Below are positions 58,996-64,000 of a DNA stretch of 64,000 nucleotides, piece by piece. The stretch lies in assembly GCA_027492035.1 (NCBI GenBank), contig JAOZFT010000004.1, positions 1-64,000 of the forward strand. The letters are read 5' to 3'. This DNA is from Thermoproteota archaeon. Lineage in GTDB: Archaea; Korarchaeota; JAOZGF01; JAOZFZ01. The translations under genes and the position numbers were made by a program. Every line of letters begins with the position of its first letter. Position 1 is the first letter of the stretch. Under the pieces are notes generated by a model. That model saw only the letters and a list, made by a program, of their open reading frames with translations, was not told where the DNA came from and searched no databases.

Positions 58996-60117
58996 ATGAA
59001 TGAAGAAGAAACTGTTGTGACACCTTGGGAAGTGAAAGGGAAACTTGACTATGTAAAACTAATTGAAGAATTCGGTACAAAACCATTAACTAAAGAAATA
59101 ATTGATAAACTTAAGAGTATCAGTGGTGGCCAGCATCACCTGATGATCAGAAGAAAACTTTTCTTTTCACACCGTGACTTCGACTTAATACTTAACCTTT
59201 ACGAGGAAGGAGAGAAAATAGTGCTTTACACAGGTAGAGGCCCATCCGGGCCTGTGCATCTTGGCCATTATGTCCCCTGGATTTTCACAAAATATCTTCA
59301 AGACGTTTTACATGCAAAGCTTTATTTTCAAATGACAGACGATGAAAAATTTCTTTTCCACAGAAACCTAACTCTTAAAGAAACAAAGAAATACACCATT
59401 GATAATGCTTTAGACGTGATTGCTGCAGGTTTTGACCCTAAAAAAACAAAGATCATAGTGGATTCAGAAAATATCTCATATCTTTACAAGATAGCTCTTA
59501 AAGTTGCTAAAAACATAACTTTTTCAACTATGAAAGCTGTTTTTGGATTCAAGGCAAGCACAAACATAGGTTTGATTTTTTACCCAGCCATTCAAGCAGT
59601 ACCAGCTTTTCTAGAAATGGAGTTGACAGGTGAAAGAACATATACGTTAATTCCTTGTGCCATTGACCAAGATCCTTACTGGAGAATTACACGCGACGTG
59701 GCAGCAAAAATAGGGTACACTAAACCTGCAAGTATTTACAATAAGTTTTTTCCAGGTTTATTAGCAGAAGGTAAAATGTCTTCCTCAATCCCGGAAAGCA
59801 CAATTTACATGACTGATAGAGATGAAGATGTGAAAATGAAGATAATGAACGCTTTCACAGGGGGGCAGCCGACAATTAGAGAACAGAGAGAGAAGGGAGG
59901 GAACCCTGAAATATGCACTGTTTTCCAATACCTTTACTTCCTTTTTGAACCGAGAGATGACAAGATAAGGGAGAGAGAAAAAGCTTGCCGAAAAGGCGAA
60001 ATTCTTTGTGGGGAATGTAAACAATATTTGATAGATAAGATAATTAAGTTTTTAGGGGAACATAGAAAGAAAAGAAAGAGGGCTGAATCTTTACTTGACA
60101 AGTTTTTAATGAAGTAA
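58996..60117 (+). CDS. trpS: Tryptophanyl-tRNA synthetase (archaeal type)
   Basis: VTPWEV, YTGRGPSG..HLGH, AIDQDPY, KMSSS, AFTGG and CGECK. Confidence 0.96.
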   Translation: MNEEETVVTPWEVKGKLDYVKLIEEFGTKPLTKEIIDKLKSISGGQHHLMIRRKLFFSHRDFDLILNLYEEGEKIVLYTGRGPSGPVHLGHYVPWIFTKYLQDVLHAKLYFQMTDDEKFLFHRNLTLKETKKYTIDNALDVIAAGFDPKKTKIIVDSENISYLYKIALKVAKNITFSTMKAVFGFKASTNIGLIFYPAIQAVPAFLEMELTGERTYTLIPCAIDQDPYWRITRDVAAKIGYTKPASIYNKFFPGLLAEGKMSSSIPESTIYMTDRDEDVKMKIMNAFTGGQPTIREQREKGGNPEICTVFQYLYFLFEPRDDKIREREKACRKGEILCGECKQYLIDKIIKFLGEHRKKRKRAESLLDKFLMK

Positions 60118-60162
60118 ATTTTTAAACAGTTACTTCCTACACAAATTTATTGAAAGAATTTT

Positions 60163-60224
60163 AGAGATGATGAAAAAGATTAGAAAGGATTTCTTAAATG
60201 ACTTTCTGACGGGCAAACTGATCT
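60163..60224 (+). ncRNA. Candidate C/D box sRNA
   Basis: ATGATGA (60167-60173) to CTGA (60218-60221), 55-nt span, 3-bp terminal stem AGA/TCT; internal C'/D' boxes unclear. Confidence 0.3.
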
Positions 60225-60614
60225 TTTTCTCTTTATTAAGGGAGAGCACTAAGAGAATTAGGCAACATTAGGAATAAATAAAAACAACGTGGGCTGGAGA
60301 GGCCTATAGAAAACTTTACTTACATTTAGTATTGCCTAAAATATTTTGAGTTACTTCTTTTTAAACTGCTTTTTCTAAATTTTTAGGTTGAAATAATGAA
60401 CTTTCTTACCTATAAACTTCTCTTGTCTTTTTTGGGAAGCCTTTTAATGAACATAACAAATTATATTTTTCTAAACACGGAAAAACCAAGCATCCTTTTT
60501 GTCATCAGAATTTTCTTTGAAGCCTGTCCTTTTACAGCTAACGGATCAATACCTTTTTTTGAATCAATAGCAAGCTTATTTATTATTTGTTCTTCGATTT
60601 TTATGAACTTCTTT

Positions 60615-62264
60615 TTAAAGTTTTTTGGCCTTTTGCCACTGTGAAGCATTTAATTTGTTGCTGATACATGCTTCCACAAATCCTTTAAACAACGGGTTAG
60701 GTCTTAACGGCCTTGAAGTGAATTCTGGGTGGAATTGACTGGAAACCATGAAAATGTGACCCGACAACTCTGCAATTTGCATTATTTTACCGTCAGGTGT
60801 TGTTCCTGAAAAAACAATTCCATTCTTTTCTAACACATCCACGTATTCCGGATTAATTTCATATCTATGTCTAAATCTTTCAACTACTTCTGTTTTCCCG
60901 TAAAGTTTGTATGCTAAGGTGTTAGGTTTTATTTTAACTCTTTGACCACCTAGTCTCATTGTTGCACCATATTTATGTTTTTCTATAAGCTTCTTCTGCC
61001 AAGGGAGGAGGTCAACAACGGGGTGAGGGGTATCTGGATCAACTTCAGTTGTATGGGCCCCTTTTAAGCCGCATACGTTTCTAGCGAATTCAACAATGGC
61101 TAACTGCATACCAAAACAAAGCCCCAAATAGGGGATGTTGTTCTCCCTTACATATTTGATTGCAGTTATCTTTCCTTCAACACCAAAGCTTCCAAAACCA
61201 CCTGGTACAATTACACCGTTAAACTTTTTCAGAGTAAATAAATTGGCTATGTTTTTCTCGAATGTTTTGGCGTCTATAAATTTAATATCTGGTTTAACGC
61301 TGCTATACCAGCAGGCGTGTTTAACTGCCTCTATTACTGAAATATAGGAGTCTGGTAACTTGAACCTCCCTGTATCAAAGTATTTCCCAACTATTGCTAT
61401 TTTTACGCTGTCATTTAACTTTTTAACTTTCTCAATGAATTCCCTCCATTTTTCAAACTTAGGTGTTCTTGAGGACATATGGAGTTTTTTCAATATTTTA
61501 TCTCCAAGTTTCTGTTTTTCAAATACTAGGGGGAGTTCATAGATGTTTTCTAGGTTAGGGTCTGAAATCACATATTCTTCTTTAACGTTAGAGAAAAGAG
61601 CTATTTTCTTTTTCCTTACTTCGTCCAAAGGTTCTTCAGACCTGCAAACAACAAAGTCGGGAAGGATACCTAACTCCCTTAATCTGGCGACACTATGCTG
61701 AGTTGGCTTTGTTTTAGCCTCTCCTAAATGTGGAGGGACAGGGACATAACTTACATGGACAAAAAGCACTTTTTCTCCGTCAAACTTCATTTGTCTTGCT
61801 GCTTCAAGAAAAAGAACGTTTTCGTAGTCACCCACAGTTCCACCTATCTCTATGAGTGCAAAGTCCATGTTGTCCGCTACACAACGATACCTTCTTTTTA
61901 TTTCATCAGTTACGTGAGGGATAGGTTGAACTGTTTGTCCAAGGTATTCGCCACTTCTTTCCTTCATTATTACTTCGTAAAAGACTTGTCCAGTGGTTAT
62001 GTTGTGGGATTTAGAGAGGTTCAAGTCTAGGAAGCGTTCATAATGTCCAAGGTCTTGGTCTATTTCTCCACCGTCTTCTGTAACCCAAACCTCCCCATGT
62101 TCCGTGGGGCGGAGAGTACCGGCGTCGAAATTAATGTAGGGGTCTACCTTTGCAGCTGTCACTTTAAACCCTCTGAATTGAAGCATTTTAGCTATGGAGG
62201 CAGTTGCAACACCTTTCCCTAAACCACTTAGAACACCGCCTGTGACAAAAATATAAACAACCAT
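60615..62264 (-). CDS. pyrG: CTP synthase
   Basis: TGGVLSGLGKG, DPY.N.D.GT, KTKPTQ, GLCFGMQ, RHRYE and QFHPE. Confidence 0.97.
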   Translation of the reverse strand: MVVYIFVTGGVLSGLGKGVATASIAKMLQFRGFKVTAAKVDPYINFDAGTLRPTEHGEVWVTEDGGEIDQDLGHYERFLDLNLSKSHNITTGQVFYEVIMKERSGEYLGQTVQPIPHVTDEIKRRYRCVADNMDFALIEIGGTVGDYENVLFLEAARQMKFDGEKVLFVHVSYVPVPPHLGEAKTKPTQHSVARLRELGILPDFVVCRSEEPLDEVRKKKIALFSNVKEEYVISDPNLENIYELPLVFEKQKLGDKILKKLHMSSRTPKFEKWREFIEKVKKLNDSVKIAIVGKYFDTGRFKLPDSYISVIEAVKHACWYSSVKPDIKFIDAKTFEKNIANLFTLKKFNGVIVPGGFGSFGVEGKITAIKYVRENNIPYLGLCFGMQLAIVEFARNVCGLKGAHTTEVDPDTPHPVVDLLPWQKKLIEKHKYGATMRLGGQRVKIKPNTLAYKLYGKTEVVERFRHRYEINPEYVDVLEKNGIVFSGTTPDGKIMQIAELSGHIFMVSSQFHPEFTSRPLRPNPLFKGFVEACISNKLNASQWQKAKKL

Positions 62265-62319
62265 TTAATTACTCATCTCCCCTTTTTCCCAAATTTTGTG
62301 AAAGAGACTTGCTAAAATT

Positions 62320-62997
62320 TTAAATTAATCTCTTCTCAATTTGTTTTAAGTATTGGTTTCTTGTTTCAGAAAATTTAGGAATTATTATGTGAATCTCTCC
62401 GAAGTTTTCGTCTTGTGAGATGTCGATTTTCTTACTTTTAACAAGGAAAAGAATGGAAATAAAAAGATCTATTATTTCTTCTTTGGGTTTACCTGAAATT
62501 AAGGCTGTAAAAGAGATTTTGCTTTTTCGGAGAAGCATCAACAGGGAATAGGTTTTGTGTATAGTTTCTGAAAAGTCAAATGTAAATACTTTATTGCTGA
62601 ATTCTTCCCTTTCCTCTATCTTATTTACTTCTGTTTTTCTCCTCCAGTACTTTCCCATAGATGCTTTAAGTGCAGAAACTAGTTCATCGTAGGTTATAAA
62701 CTCCCTTGTTTTGAGAATAGGCACTAAATTTACTTCCTCTGGATTTGTTTCTACCTTACGCACTTGCCTTTTTGAAACTTGCTTTTTCTTTTTCAAAATG
62801 TACTCTATCTTCATCCTCAGAAGGATGGCAGCAGCTAAAATTACTCTTCCAGAAATTTTGAGGTCTACTTCCACTTTCTCTATTTCTTTTAAATACTCAT
62901 CTGCTAAAGCTGAAATATCTATTTCCCAAGGGTTAAATTTCTCTTTTACTATTCGGTAAAGTAACCCTTCCCAATCCCTGAAATTAATTTTTTTCAT
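62320..62997 (-). CDS. scpA: Kleisin ScpA
   Basis: NPWEIDIS.LADEYL, SG...AAA.LLR.K and F..ILFL.....I.I.Q...FGEI; overlaps the smc stop (ATGA). Confidence 0.92.
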   Translation of the reverse strand: MKKINFRDWEGLLYRIVKEKFNPWEIDISALADEYLKEIEKVEVDLKISGRVILAAAILLRMKIEYILKKKKQVSKRQVRKVETNPEEVNLVPILKTREFITYDELVSALKASMGKYWRRKTEVNKIEEREEFSNKVFTFDFSETIHKTYSLLMLLRKSKISFTALISGKPKEEIIDLFISILFLVKSKKIDISQDENFGEIHIIIPKFSETRNQYLKQIEKRLI

Positions 62998-64000
62998 TTT
63001 TTAAACCTTAACATTACCACTCGCGAAAGGCCATCTTTCATTGTTACACCCACTAGCTGGTCAGCTTCAGCTAAAGTTTCCTTTTTAAGTGAAGCTAAAA
63101 TGAACTGGGTTTTTCTTGATTCCTCCTTTAACAACTTAGCGAATTTTTTACAGTTTAAAACATCCAAGGAGGAGTCAACTTCATCAAAAACATAGAAGGG
63201 AGATGGTTTAAATTTCTGGATAGCAAGTATGAAAGCTAAAGCCGTCAACGTTTTTTCTCCACCTGACAAAGCATCTATGTTAACTATTTTCTTTTCTGGA
63301 AGTTTAACTTCAATCACTAAACCGCTCTCTATTTCGTTTTCGTCCTCAAGCCTAAGTTTACCTTCTCCACCTGTTAGTTTATTAAAGACAAAGTTAAAGT
63401 TTGCAGAAACTTTTTCTAAAGTTTTTTTAAACACTTCCTTCTTTTTCTTTTCAATTTTATTAATTAAATCAAGTATTCTCTCCCTCTCCTCCAATACTTT
63501 TTGATACTTACTCTCTAAGTCATCTAATTCTTTTTTGAAAGAAAAATATTCCTCTTCAGCTTTGAAATTTAATTTCCCAAGCTGAGCAATCAATTTTTCA
63601 AGTTTTTCGATTTCCATCTTAGCCTTGTTTTCGTCTATGTCACCGAAAAGGTCTAGTCTTAAGCCTTTACTTTTCACTTCCTTCTTTAATCCTTCAAGTT
63701 CTGAATTTACTACAGCGAAGTTTATTTTTAGTTGCTCAAGTTGTTTTTTGCTCCATATGCTCTCCCTGAAAAAGCGGTCTTCTTCTTCCCTTAACTTTTT
63801 TAGATGCTCCTTAAGTTTTTTCCTTTTACTTCGCAATTCTTCAAAATTCATCCATTGATTTCCCATTTCAAGTAGTTTTTTATTTAATTCATTTATCTCC
63901 TTTTCTAGTTTAAGGTTTTCTTTTTCAAAGCGTTTTATTTCGTCTTCAACCTTAGTTCCTTTTTGGAAAACTGTTTTTTTAGCGTAGCCCCCAAAAACTA
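62994..64000 (-). CDS. smc: SMC chromosome segregation protein, C-terminal part (5' end beyond the window)
   Basis: Frame open to the window edge; LGKLNFKAEEEY, LSGGEK signature and PFYVFDEVDSSLD Walker B/D-loop. Confidence 0.95.
   Translation of the reverse strand, partial: VFGGYAKKTVFQKGTKVEDEIKRFEKENLKLEKEINELNKKLLEMGNQWMNFEELRSKRKKLKEHLKKLREEEDRFFRESIWSKKQLEQLKINFAVVNSELEGLKKEVKSKGLRLDLFGDIDENKAKMEIEKLEKLIAQLGKLNFKAEEEYFSFKKELDDLESKYQKVLEERERILDLINKIEKKKKEVFKKTLEKVSANFNFVFNKLTGGEGKLRLEDENEIESGLVIEVKLPEKKIVNIDALSGGEKTLTALAFILAIQKFKPSPFYVFDEVDSSLDVLNCKKFAKLLKEESRKTQFILASLKKETLAEADQLVGVTMKDGLSRVVMLRFKK

Noticed and set aside
63076-63096. Missing H-loop histidine in SMC (ASLKK)
   Set aside because: Substitution at this position is common in archaeal SMCs and is not evidence of inactivity.
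1-64000. CRISPR array, transposase, integrase or rRNA
   Set aside because: No regularly spaced identical repeats, no DDE or tyrosine-recombinase motifs and no rRNA-like stretch were seen.

Overview
Archaeal chromosomal window: AT-rich, gene-dense, with GGAGG/GGTG-type RBSs and T-tract terminators. The Lys/Glu-rich proteins suggest a thermophile. Archaeal identity rests on FEN1 with a PIP box, NucS, Dph6, a PIN-ATPase (PINA), DUF2070, DUF99, archaeal-type TrpRS and an intron-containing tRNA-Ser(CGA) without encoded CCA; the exact lineage cannot be fixed from this window. Content is mostly housekeeping: DNA repair and chromosome genes (fen, nucS, smc-scpA, scpB, ftsZ), nitrogen metabolism (gdhA, glnA, asnB-like), nucleotide metabolism (nrdJ, pyrG, a nucleoside salvage operon), Moco accessory genes, sugar-nucleotide and envelope genes, and several secreted or surface proteins. 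I saw no CRISPR array, transposase, integrase or intein. The most notable observations are: (1) a small PD-(D/E)XK nuclease coupled to a HerA/VirB4-like protein lacking its catalytic motifs; (2) a possible split transcobalamin-like B12-capture locus (stalked alpha-barrel surface protein, DUF4430 protein and ECF S component, with a strong operator palindrome); (3) tandem perfect TACAnnTGTA palindromes upstream of ftsZ; (4) an SMC with an apparently much shortened arm; (5) a single-chain fused aconitase X; (6) further pseudo-enzymes and a decayed ATL/MGMT-like gene. All family calls come from motif recognition by eye; no database search was run.
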